Below, in pieces: positions 46,300-58,869 of a DNA stretch of 64,000 bases; the first letter of the stretch is position 1, and each line of letters starts with the position of its first letter. The translations under genes and the position numbers were made by a program. The DNA lies in assembly GCA_002269645.1 (NCBI GenBank), contig NIVC01002866.1, forward strand, positions 62,001-126,000, read 5' to 3'. Below the pieces are notes generated by a model, which saw only the letters and a list, made by a program, of their open reading frames with translations, searched no databases and was not told the DNA's origin. Source of the DNA: Macrostomum lignano (lineage: Eukaryota).

Positions 46300-48270
46300 A
46301 CAGCCCAGTCTGGGGATCTGGGAGAGTGGCTGGTAGCACAGTCTGGGGATCTGGGAGAGTGGCTGGTAGCACAGTCTGGGGATCTGGGAGAGTGGCTGGT
46401 AGCCCAGTCTGGGGATCTGGGAGAGTGGCTGGTGGCCCAGTCTGGGGATCTGGGAGAGTGGCTGGTAGCACAGTCTGGGGATCTGGGAGAGTGGCTGGTA
46501 GCACAGTCTGGGGATCTGGGAGAGTGGCTGGTAGCACAGTCTGGGGATCTGGGAGAGTGGCTGGTAGCACAGTCTGGGGATCTGGGAGAGTGGCTGGTAG
46601 CACAGTCTGGGGATCTGGGAGAGTGGCTGGTAGCACAGTCTGGGGATCTGGGAGAGTGGCTGGTAGCCCAGTCTGGGGATCTGGGAGAGTGGCTGGTAGC
46701 CCAGTCTGGGGATCTGGGAGAGTGGCCCAGTCTGGGGATCTGGGAGAGTAGCCCAGTCTGGGGATCTGGGAGAGTAGCCCAGTCTGGGGGTCTGGGAGAG
46801 TGGCTGGTAGCCTAGTCTGGGGATCTGGGAGAGTGGCTGGTAGCCCAGTCTGGGGATCTGGGAGAGTGGCTGGTAGCACAGTCTGGGGATCTGGGAGAGT
46901 GGCTGGTAGCACAGTCTGGGGATCTGGGAGAGTGGCTGGTAGCACAGTCTGGGGATCTGGGAGAGTGGCTGGTAGCACAGTCTGGGGATCTGGGAGAGTG
47001 GCTGGTAGCACAGTCTGGGGATCTGGGAGAGTGGCTGGTAGCCCAGTCTGGGGATCTGGGAGAGTGGCTGGTAGCCCAGTCTGGGGATCTGGGAGAGTGG
47101 CCCAGTCTGGGGATCTGGGAGAGTAGCCCAGTCTGGGGATCTGGGAGAGTAGCCCAGTCTGGGGGTCTGGGAGAGTGGCTGGTAGCCTAGTCTGGGGATC
47201 TGGGAGAGTGGCTGGTAGCCCAGTCTGGGGATCTGGGAGAGTGGCTGGTAGCCCAGTCTGGGGATCTGGGAGAGTGGCTAGTAGCCCAGTCTGGGGATCT
47301 GGGAGAGTAGCCCTAGCCCAGTCTGGGGATCTGGGAGAGTGGCTGGTAGCCCAGTCTGGGGATCTGGGAGAGTGGCTAGTAGCCCAGTCTGGGGATCTGG
47401 GAGAGTAGCCCAGTCTGGGGATCTGGGAGAGTAGCCCAGTCTGGGGATCTGGGAGAGTGGCTGGTAGCCCAGTCTGGGGATCTGGGAGAGTGGCTGGTGG
47501 CCCAGTCTGGGGATCTGGGAGAGTGGCTGGTAGCCCAGTCTGGGGATCTGGGAGAGTGGCTGGTAGCCCAGTCTGGGGATCTGGGAGAGTGGCTGGTAGC
47601 CCAGTCTGGGGATCTGGGAGAGTGGCTGGTGGCCCAGTCTGGGGATCTGGGAGAGTGGCTGGTAGCCCAGTCTGGGGATCTGGGAGAGTGGCTGGTAGCC
47701 CAGTCTGGGGATCTGGGAGAGTGGCTGGTAGCCCAGTCTGGGGATCTGGGAGAGTGGCTGGTAGCACAGTCTGGGGATCTGGGAGAGTGGCTGGTAGCAC
47801 AGTCTGGGGATCTGGGAGAGTAGCTGGTAGCCCAGTCTGGGGATCTGGGAGAGTGGCTGGTAGCCCAGTCTGGGGATCTGGGAGAGTGGCTGGTAGCCCA
47901 GTCTGGGGATCTGGGAGAGTAGCCCAGTCTGGGGATCTGGGAGAGTAGCCCAGTCTGGGGATCTGGGAGAGTGGCTGGTAGCCCAGTCTGGGGATCTGGG
48001 AGAGTGGCTGGTAGCCCAGTCTGGGGATCTGGGAGAGTGGCTGGTAGCCCAGTCTGGGGATCTGGGAGAGTGGCTGGTGGCCCAGTCTGGGGATCTGGGA
48101 GAGTGGCTGGTAGCCCAGTCTGGGGATCTGGGAGAGTGGCTGGTAGCCCAGTCTGGGGATCTGGGAGAGTGGCTGGTAGCCCAGTCTGGGGATCTGGGAG
48201 AGTGGCTGGTAGCACAGTCTGGGGATCTGGAGAGTGGCTGGTAGCCCAGTCTGGGGATCTGGGAGAGTGG
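46300..48270. repeat. 33 bp CCCAGTCTGGGGATCTGGGAGAGTGGCTGGTAG array (~2 kb) with 26 bp deletion variants
   Basis: Direct periodicity. Source of the 696-aa spurious ORF. Confidence 0.97.
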
Positions 48271-48624
48271 CAATTCGAAAAATGGCAAATAACAGAAAGC
48301 AGCAGCTCACAGCTATTAGTAAAAAGTTCAGGGGAAGCATTTGATGGCGCATTAAATTGGAATGGCAAACGATTTTGGCGCAGAAAAAACCATGGAATAT
48401 ACATATGGGTTACGCGTTGCTATGAAGACAACAAATTATGTAAAAAATCGTCAATAACGATTGAAATAATTACTTACAGCGATATTACTTAAAACTATTA
48501 CATACTCGTAGCAAATTTTTTTCGGTAAACGAATGATATAATTAAATGGAAGATGTAATGCTGCTTTAGCATGGCTGCTAGAAAGTCACAAAACAAAAAT
48601 GAATTCCACCTAGTCGATATCGAC

Positions 48625-48832
48625 ACTCAGTCACCACCGACTCTGCACTCAGTCACCACCGACTCTGCACTCAGTCACCACCGACTCTGCACTCAGTCAC
48701 CACCGACTCTGCACTCAGTCACCACCGACTCTGCACTCAGTCACCAACGACTCTGCACTCAGTCACCAACGACTCTGCACTCAGTCACCACCGACTCTGC
48801 ACTCAGTTACTATCGACTCTGCACTCAGTCAG
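48625..48832. repeat. 22 bp CAGTCACCACCGACTCTGCACT array
   Basis: Direct periodicity. Confidence 0.93.
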
Positions 48833-48852
48833 CTCCAGCGGCCTCAGCTCCA

Positions 48853-49270
48853 TCAGCATGACTCAGCAACCGCCTCCGTGTATTTCAAATTGTCCAGCCG
48901 TTTCAAGACACTGTGCCAGACGCGCCAAGCGCCATTTCGACGCCCGGCGCCGCCAAAGCAGAAGATGCTCTGTTGAGCGGCCCGTGGCAGCCAGGCCAAC
49001 AGCTGGGCGGAGCTGGCCGCCTCCAGACACCACAGCACCATCAGGCTGCGCTGCTGCGGCACTTCAGCAATACTGCGAAGCACAGAGCAGATGAACTGAT
49101 CGCCTGCGGCCAGACTCTGCTGCATCGCGGAGTCCACGAATACCATGACGGCTCCCAGGGATTGCTGCGGCAGGGAAAGGGGATGACTGGGTGGGTAGAT
49201 TAGCTGTAAAATAGATAGATATAGATAAATAGTCAGACAGACAGACAGACAGACAGGCAGGCACACAGTC

Positions 49271-49325
<55 letters not shown>

Positions 49326-49347
49326 AAGACAGAAAGACAGACATTCT

Positions 49348-49387
<40 letters not shown>

Positions 49388-49396
49388 GGCACAGTC

Positions 49397-49441
<45 letters not shown>

Positions 49442-49520
49442 TACAGACAGGCAGGCACACAGTCAGATAGACAGTCAGACAGACAGACAGACAGGCAGGC
49501 AGGCAGGCAGACAGACACTA

Positions 49521-49551
<31 letters not shown>

Positions 49552-49552
49552 A

Positions 49553-49584
<32 letters not shown>

Positions 49585-49596
49585 TCTCTGTCAAAA

Positions 49597-49633
<37 letters not shown>

Positions 49634-49752
49634 CTAAGACAGACAGACAGACATACAGACAGGCAGGCACACAGTCAGACAGACAGACAGACAGACAGAC
49701 AGACATACAGACAGGCAGGCACACAGTCAGATAGACAGACAGACAGACAGAC

Positions 49753-49793
<41 letters not shown>

Positions 49794-49802
49794 GGCACAG
49801 TC

Positions 49803-49847
<45 letters not shown>

Positions 49848-49926
49848 TACAGACAGGCAGGCACACAGTCAGATAGACAGTCAGACAGACAGACAGACAG
49901 GCAGGCAGGCAGGCAGACAGACACTA

Positions 49927-49957
<31 letters not shown>

Positions 49958-49958
49958 A

Positions 49959-49990
<32 letters not shown>

Positions 49991-50002
49991 TCTCTGTCAA
50001 AA

Positions 50003-50043
<41 letters not shown>

Positions 50044-50162
50044 CTAAGACAGACAGACAGACATACAGACAGGCAGGCACACAGTCAGACAGACAGACAG
50101 ACAGACAGACAGACATACAGACAGGCAGGCACACAGTCAGATAGACAGACAGACAGACAGAC

Positions 50163-50207
<45 letters not shown>

Positions 50208-50222
50208 GGCAGGCACACAGTC

Positions 50223-50311
<89 letters not shown>

Positions 50312-53300
50312 TAGATCAGAAACTAGGCTCACTGCCTCGAGCTGCACCCCGAAGACCCTCAGTACAGCTTCGTCCGTGCCCATCAGTTGTCGATCCTCCG
50401 CCCGGACGGCGGCAGCGGCCGGAGCCACATTGCGGCAGTGCAGCAGCTGCATGGCGGGCGCGCCGGTTAAAGAGTAAAAGAAGCGACATCTATCGGTGGG
50501 ATTCAATTCCGGCATCGAGTCCACGACAAGGACGCAGGCCCTGGGTATCAGGGCTACCTGATCCAATAGGCTTGCTCTCTCAGTGTGCCGGCCGTGACAG
50601 AGGAGAGCGGAGGCCGCTTTGCTCAATCCGCTGCGCACAAACTGTGGTAGATAGGCCATAGACTGCTGCTGCTGCTGCTGCTCCTGATTGTGCTGCACCT
50701 GCACCAGAGTGTAGTAAAGCAAAAAGCCTAGGAAAGTCAAGTCACAGTGCAGGCCTTTGCGAATCAGGATGCCAATTTCCAGCCTTTCAAGTCGGCGCAG
50801 AATGTAGCGCAGGATATCCGGTCGCTGATGGGGTTGGCCAATGGGATTAGGAAGATATTGAGAATGAGATATTTATAAGGCGACACTGTTAATCGAATGG
50901 GACAAGTATCGAGTGAAACAGGTGGGAGAAATCCCAGGTAAAAGATGGCGAATATATGCCAGGTACGAGTAAATCACAGGTGGGGGGAACTCCAGGTAAA
51001 ACCCAGGTAGGCGATCAATGCCAGGTAAATCACAGGTGGGGGAAACTCCACGTAAAACACAGGTAGGGGATCAATTCCAGGTAAATAACAGGTGGGATCA
51101 ATGCCAGGTAAATCACGGGTGAGTGATATGCCAGGTAAATCACAGGTAGGGATCAATGCCAGGTAAATCACAGGTGTGGGTCAATGCCAGGTAAATCACA
51201 GGTGGGGGAAACTCCACGTAAAACACAGGTAGGGGATCAATTCCAGGTAAATAACAGGTGGGATCAATGCCAGGTAAATCACGGGTGAGTGATATGCCAG
51301 GTAAATCACAGGTAGGGATCAATGCCAGGTAAATCACGGGTGGGGATCAATGCCAGATAAATCACAGATGAGGATCAATGCCAGGTAAATCACAGGTGGG
51401 ATCAATGCCAGGTAAATTACAGGTGTGGATCAATGCCAGGTAAATCACAGGTAGGAGATCAATGCCAGGTAAATCACAGGTGTGGGTCAATGCCAGGTAA
51501 ATCACAGGTGGGGATCAATGCCAGATAAATCACAGGTAGGAGATCAATGCCAGGTAAATCACAGGTGTGGGTCAATGCCAGGTAAATCACAGGTGGGGAT
51601 CAATGCCAGATAAATCACAGGTGGGGGATCAATGGCAGGTAAATCACAGGTGGGATCAATGCCAGGTAAATCACAGGTGGGATCAATGCCAGGTAAATCA
51701 CAGGTGGGGATCAATGCCAGGTAAATCACAGGTGTGGGTCAATGCCAGGTAAATCACAGGTGGGGATCAATGCCAGATAAATCACAGGTGGGGGATCAAT
51801 GCCAGGTAAATCACAGGTAGGAGATCAATGCCAGGTAAATCACAGGTGTGGGTCAATGCCAGGTAAATCACAGGTGGGGATCAATGCCAGGTAAATTACA
51901 GGTGTGGATCAATGCCAGGTAAATCACAGGTAGGAGATCAATGCCAGGTAAATCACAGGTGTGGGTCAATGCCAGGTAAATCACAGGTGGGGATCAATGC
52001 CAGATAAATCACAGGTGGGGGATCAATGCCAGGTAAATCACAGGCAGGGGATGAATGCCAGGTAAAACACAGGTAGGAGAATAAATGCCAGGTAAAACAA
52101 AAAGAAATAATGGCTAGATGCTCACATTTTCGCGTTCAGCGTGAGTCAGGAAAGCCGCACTGAACAGCCGGTGGTGGCCATTGAACCGGCTGTCCGCAGC
52201 CACAGGATGGTCGCGCCAATGGTCCAAGTATTTGTCTAGAATAAGCAGCTGAGGAGCGCAGCTGACTGAGTGCCAAAAGCTGGCCAAAGTGCGACACCAT
52301 TGGCGCTCCTCAAGGCCGAGACTTTGGAAGCTGGACCAGCTGTGACGCAGCCGGGAGTAGTTCCGGAAGCTGGAAGCGTAATCTGGGGGCAGCCTTAGCG
52401 GCGCCTGGGTGACCAGCTTGTGAATTGCGGATCGCAGCTCGTCCACGCTGGGAAATCAATTTGATTGAGATTGGCATTAATGGGGTGAGATCAATTTAAT
52501 AGATGAGACTATTGACAATGGGGTGAGATTATCAATTTAATAGATGAGACTATTGACAATGGGGTGAGATCAATTTAATAGATGAGACTATTGACAATGG
52601 GGTGAGATTATCAATTTAATAGATGAGACTATTGACAATGGGGTGAGATTATCAATTTAATAGATGAGACTATTGACAATGGGGTGAGATTATCAATTTA
52701 ATAGATGAGACTATTGACAATGGGGTGAGATTATCAATTTAATAGATGAGACTATTGACAATGGGGTGAGATTATCAATTTAATAGATGAGACTATTGAC
52801 AATGGGGTGAGATTATCAATTTAATAGATGAGACTATTGACAATGGGGTGAGATTATCAATTTAATAGATGAGACTATTGACAATGGGGTGAGATTATCA
52901 ATTTAATAGATGAGACTATTGACAATGGGGTGAGATTATCAATTTAATAGATGAGACTATTGACAATGGGGTGAGATTATCAATTTAATAGATGAGACTA
53001 TTGACAATGGGGTGAGATTATCAATTTAATAGATGAGACTATTGACAATGGGGTGAGATTATCAATTTAATAGATGAGACTATTGACAATGGGGTGAGAT
53101 CAATTTAATAGATGAGACTTTTGACAATGGGATGAATGAGATTATCAATCTGATAGATTAAACTATTGAAAATGTGGTGAGATTACTAATCTAATAGATG
53201 AGACTATTGACCAAGAGGTGAGATTATCAATTTAATAGATGAGACTATTGACAATGGGATGAATGAGATTATCAATCTGATAGATTAAACTATTGAAAAT

Positions 53301-54058
53301 GTGGTGAGATTACTAATCTAATAGATGAGACTATTGACCAAGAGGTGAGATTATCAATCTAATAGATGAGACCATTGACCAAAGGATGAGATGATCAATC
53401 TAAATAGATGAGACTATTGACAATGGGGTGAGATTATCAATCTAATAGGTGAGACTATTGACTATAGGATGAGATTACCAATCTAATAGATGAGACCATT
53501 GACAGTGGGGTCTGGGGTGAGATTATTAAACTAATAGATGAGACTATTGGCCATGGGGTGAAATAAAGATAATCAAATGAAACAGTCGGGACTATAAAAA
53601 TAAGAGGTGAGATGATCAAATGAAGCAGTTAAGAATATTGACAGAAACAGTTGATATTATCAAATATGAATGCATATTAATGTTTGATTTTGGTAAAAGA
53701 AAAATAAAGCTTGTCACCTTTCTCCTAAGCTATCTGGCAGCAAATCGGACCAGGTAAGCGCGGCATCAATAACCATGCACTCAAACAATTCTTGTTGCAA
53801 AGATGCATTCTGATATCTCAATGATGCAACAGCAGTTTGGTAAATCTTTGCCACTCTGTCTGGCAGCACAGCCACGACATATTCACCTGACTGAACCAGG
53901 CGTAGCAAGGCAATCTGTACATCACTTAGTAGTCTGCTTCCTGGCCCAAGTGGCAGGACATACCAGACAAAAATTGGGACATTCATCTGCTCCTCTACAG
54001 TTGGAAGAAGAACTCTTTCAGCATCAGCATCAGCCTCATTGGCTTCTAGGTATGCCAT
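48853..54058 (-). CDS. Uncharacterised, predominantly Leu-rich (probably alpha-helical) protein, ~488 aa; exons 54058-53718, 52447-52126, 50824-50333, 49164-48853
   Basis: Four non-repetitive open segments join through GT-AG junctions with matching phases (2, 0, 0); total 1467 nt, divisible by 3. No family recognised. The start is tentative and further 5' exons are possible. Confidence 0.72.
49230..50312. repeat. Compound (AGAC)n microsatellite with block duplications
   Basis: Direct reading; intronic. Confidence 0.95.
50925..52098. repeat. 27-29 bp ATCAATGCCAGGTAAATCACAGGTGGG array
   Basis: Direct periodicity; intronic. Confidence 0.93.
52480..53560. repeat. 41 bp GAGATTATCAATTTAATAGATGAGACTATTGACAATGGGGT array
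   Basis: Direct periodicity; intronic. Confidence 0.95.
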
Positions 54059-54833
54059 TTTCAATGCTAGTATAGGGTTGGCAGTAATTGTTAATTCATA
54101 TAACATAAGCTTTGCATAAATTGTGGCAGACCAAGGGTTGGATAAGTTGCAAAATTAGTGGCTTTGACAATTTTTGACAAACTTTGATGACAAATTAATG
54201 ATTCTTTACTTTCTTTTTGGGTAGGATACAAAACTAAGTTGTACTTTTAGTCAAAATACTAGTCATATACATGTAGCTAGTATAATTTTAAAGGTTACGC
54301 ATCTATGTTTAAAAAAACATTATCAGAACATACATGTACAATCTTTAGAATTACACTAGCTATATGACATAGTCTTTGTTTCAAATGCAACTTAGTTTTG
54401 CTACTTACCAAAAATGTCTTTAATTCTTATGCAGTCAATATTCTTAGGCATAAGAATATTGACTGCTAGACTATGAACAGCTTTTGATTAAGACTTTAAG
54501 CTATTAATTAAGTTACAGACAAATGAAAATCATAGGCAATTAAGTTGTTAAAAGTAAATTTAAGTTAGGAATCAAAAGTTAAAAACAAAATTATAACAAA
54601 TCTAAATAAGTTGATATTTTCTGATTCATAAATTTTTAGAAGCTTCTTTAATCAATATTGCAAAAACTTTTTTAGCACAATGTAGATATTTTATACTATG
54701 GTCAAGCAATAAGTGTTAAAAATTATTAAGCTTTCTTTTTTAAAAATGCCTAAAAAGTCTAAAAGAGAAGATTAAAATTATCAGCTAGGATAGAGATAAA
54801 ATTAATAACTTAAATTATTAGTTAAAACTATAA

Positions 54834-55004
54834 CATGCATGTGCAACCTTGGAATCACCTGGCCGTTTCTATTGGCAACATGCACATGTAAGTCGCTATT
54901 GGCTGAGAGCAGTCACGTGACTACTATTCCATCCAATAGTGACTTACATGTGTGTGTTGCCAAAAGAAACGGCCGAGTGAATCCCAAGGTTGCGCCTAAG
55001 CATG
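54834..55004. mobile_element. 171 bp near-palindromic MITE, hAT-like (8 bp TSD AACTATAA)
   Basis: AACTATAA at 54826-54833 and 55005-55012. Termini CATGC...GCATG. ~60 bp imperfect arms GCAACCTTGGAATCACCTGGCCGTTTCTATTGGCAAC... / ...GTTGCCAAAAGAAACGGCCGAGTGAATCCCAAGGTTGC. Confidence 0.8.
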
Positions 55005-55194
55005 AACTATAATATAGTAATTCCATATACTAAAAATTCAATATACTATAATTATGCTTTTTATTAATTTGTCTATAATTTCATAAAAAATTGAGGAATT
55101 ATAATTTAAGTATGAAGCACAAAAAGGATAAGGGCCTAATTTTATAAATTTTAAACTGATTGCCTATTGATAATAATAGTGATATGAAATTTAT

Positions 55195-55481
55195 CATACA
55201 TGCACAACCTCCAAAATTTGGTCAGCCATGCGACTGAGTTTCAACAAAAATGCAACGTAGTTTTTGGCCAAAAATGCAACTTACATGTAAAAAAACCCTA
55301 AAGCAAAATTAACGCAACTTTGGGTAAACGGCAGGAGTAACTATGACTGTCTTATTAAGCCAAAATGCCTTGTCAGCTACTTAGTACTACTACTTGGTTA
55401 TTTTTGGGTGGGCATTTTTGCGACTTCCTTGGTTGGCCGCCAAATCGGTCAGCCGGATCGGCCGACAATTGTGCATGTATG
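55195..55481. mobile_element. 287 bp TIR element (MITE) carrying a 28S rRNA fragment
   Basis: Perfect inverted repeat TATCATACATGCACAA (55192-55207) / TTGTGCATGTATGATA (55469-55484). Flanks AAATTTAT / ATATTTAT give a 7/8 TSD; a TA duplication is an alternative reading. Confidence 0.72.
55322..55385 (+). pseudogene. Degenerate 64 bp fragment of 28S (LSU) rRNA, H69-H71 region including the R2 / I-PpoI target
   Basis: GGGTAAACGGCAGGAGTAACTATGACTGTCTTATTAAGCCAAAATGCCTTGTCAGCTACTTAGT compared with the conserved eukaryotic GGGTAAACGGCGGGAGTAACTATGACTCTCTTAAGGTAGCCAAATGCCTCGTCATCTAATTAGT (recalled from memory): 52/64 identical ungapped, 31/33 at the 5' end. Confidence 0.85.
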
Positions 55482-56423
55482 ATATTTATACTAATTAATG
55501 GTATAAACTAGGGGTTAGCAAACTTTTCTCAGTATAAACTAGATTGGAAGACTAGCTTAAGTGGCAAGCCAGAAAACATAGAGTCTACAACAAATTATGG
55601 CTATAAATGAAAATTTTAGATGATTAGACCAAATACAAGCAACAACCTTACAGTTAAAACTAATATAGGAATGACAGATCTAAAGCAAATTTTATTTACA
55701 AAGTTTCATATGTTCAATACAAAATTGATTCATAGGACCCTTTTAGATTATTAAGTAGTAGTAAGAGTGCTATAGGCCAAACTTAAAGGTGTTATAGGCT
55801 GGATTTGGCATATAGACCAGAGTTTGCCAACTTTTAGTATAAACAATTTATTTATTAGATACAAACTGCAATGCATGCATTAAAGTAGTAATTATTGAAT
55901 CTATACTAATTTTGTTTTGTTTTAATAGGTGGTTATGTGTAATTGATTTTTTCAAGAATCATTTGATCTAATACATTTTTTCAGATTAGCTATAAAATTT
56001 TACAATTTTCTAACTGGTAGTCATGCATAACTTTTTCAATGAAAATTTGAATGAGAAGTCAGTTATTTGAAAACAATGTGTTATATGTTTTTAATAGGCA
56101 CTTGATGATCAATTTGTAACATTTGTTTGCAAAGATACAATATAACCATTTTGTCTACTACAAAATATTAAATATGATGTTGGTGTTATAAGTTTAGAAT
56201 AAGATAGTAATAAAATAACAAAATTGTTTTTAATAACAGTGATAACTGACAACCTACACTTTGGATCATGTAATATATACCCAAAGATTTGGGTATACAT
56301 TGACCACATATACCAAAAGTTAGACATGTACAGTTGGAATGCATTACTACTAAGAAAATAGTAGGTACATATCTACAAAACTTTGAATAGGGAGGGGGCA
56401 CAGATTACTAAGGTACATATATA

Positions 56424-56464
<41 letters not shown>
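56424..56464. repeat. (TA)n microsatellite
   Basis: Direct reading. Confidence 0.95.
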
Positions 56465-56468
<4 letters not shown>

Positions 56469-58869
56469 ACATACATGTATATAAATACAAGAATGTGTTT
56501 TCTAGGGGCCTATATAAAAATGCAAAAATTTTAACTTGATAGGAGGCATTTGCCCCATGCACCTCCCTCTTAAATCTGCCACTGGAAAATAGTGTGCATA
56601 CACCTTGGCATGCATTTTATAGAATTACATGGAGGAGTTTATATTAAGTGGAAAAATTAAAAAGTTTATTTTAGGTATAAATTTTATGCTTTTTGGTTTT
56701 TAAGCTTATAATAAAACATTTAAACAAATGTTTAGAAATCAATTTTCCATTGTAAATAATATTAATAAAAAAGAAGAATAATGAACCAAATTATTAGCCA
56801 AAAAAGGTCCTTTACACAATGCAAAAAATGTTATATTGTTGAAACACAAAAAGGTTAATTTATTATCACAATATTAGACTAGATTTAAGAGGCATGCATT
56901 TACATTTTTTGGCATGGTATGCATTTATAATTATTCAATTTTTGTTTAGGTATGTACCTAGCATGCTCTAGACTATGGCTAAAAACTAATATTAGAAGTA
57001 ATAATATATCTAATTATCTATTAATAATCAATAGATGATGGATAAAAACAAAATAAAATAATAAATCATCCAATTAAAAAAAACAGTCATATTTTATAAT
57101 ATACTATTTAAAGGATAATTAATATTAAAGCACTCATTATTTGTATGGTACTGTTACTATGTATAGTACTATAATTACTGGTTTTAATATATACTGTAGT
57201 ACTTATAGGTTATAGCTATGGTCTAGTTATATTTGACTGACCATAAATCTATCATTTTATTTTGAAGGCAAATGAGTTACATTAATTCTTATTCATTTCT
57301 TTTGAAGTATCTTTATACATTGTATTATTGAAATATGAGCTAATAAAAAATTCTAAGCTATAAGCACAAATTATGCCTAAACTCCATCTATTAGCTTTAG
57401 TTAGGGGCCTAGTTTAAACTCATTATGAAAATAAAAGATACAGGGACAAATATTGAATAGTCCTTGATAAGATAAATATTTATAAGGTATTTATTTCAAC
57501 TACAATAATAAATAAGGACTACCTAATATTAAAGTTCTCTTTTTAATAAATGTTTAAGATTATAATGGGCTATCATATTTCTCAGAAATATTATGATAAA
57601 AAGATTACCCAAATGGCTAGGCCATAAAAATGACATCTCATGATAATTATTTACATGTTTTATACTAAATGAATCTTTATGAAAAATAAGTTTTACATTG
57701 TATGTAACTACACTTTATTAATTATTTACAAGTCATTTCATCTGCCAGCAAACGAAAAGGTGGCGGACGAAATGATGTGCACCTTTGACCTTTACATGGC
57801 TTTAATAATTAAAAATAAATTTAGATAATCATAATTTATTCTGTAACTTTCATCATTTTAGTTTGAATTAATTATGTATGAATGTGAGTATAAGTATGTA
57901 CCTTTTGAAGTACAGTAAGTAGCTCGGACATACTGCATATATTGGTTTTGAAATTTTACTCGAAATAAATTTAATTTTAGCCTAGACCAGTAGGGGAAGT
58001 AGTCAAATAAGAAAATATATAGCCCTTAATATTTCAAAGCAGTATTTTTTACACTAATTTAAAAACAAGGAGGAAATAAAATAAAATTAAAACACTGAAT
58101 AATGATCTGCATATTGTAATTCTAGACAAAGACAAAAGAGATTAATTGAAATAAAAAAATTTCATTTCATTGAAAAACAAATATAAGCGCTTTTATAATT
58201 ATAACTAATTTAGTGCGTTATACCAAACTAAAATTTGAAACAAAGCTAAAAACTTGCTAAAAACTTTTTTGATTTTAGCTGTTTTTTAACTGAAACCTAA
58301 TAAAGAAATATAAATACTGTCTTACCCATTTACAATAACGAAATCTAGGAGTTAACGAAATCACGGTACATTGCCATGAAGGAGCATGTATTTCTACTCT
58401 TGAAAGTACTCAAGTACTACTTGAGTGGTCCTAGTTTCAGTTTGACATTTAAGCATGGCTCAATATGACTTAAATTTATCTAATGATTCAATTTGATTAT
58501 TGAAAAGCCTGCAGTTTCAGTAACAAAAATCTTCAATAAATTAAGGGCCTCATATGCATATGGTTGCATGTAGCTGTTTACCCTTGCAATCAATTTGCTG
58601 CATCGAATTTCTTATTACATGTACAAAAGGGATTAGGTCGTCAAGTATTTGGCTGTTGCTATATGAAGACAAAATGTACATGTAAATATCAGGGACACTG
58701 GAGCACACATGCACATGTACGTATACGTCGACTGTTGTTGCAAGAAATCCTTGATGCACATGTAATACTCCAGTGGCTTAATTTTTTATTCATGTGCTGC
58801 TACTGTAAATACAAATTAATCAACTGTTAGCGGTCCTCTTGGTAAAAAATTCCATCAAATGACAATCAC

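Noticed and set aside
46258-48492. 696-aa and overlapping long ORFs
   Set aside because: They are translations of the 33 bp array, open in several frames on both strands, with no unique domain.
55322-55385. Functional rRNA gene or rDNA unit
   Set aside because: Only 64 bp match, the fragment is degenerate, and the flanks are not rDNA-like.
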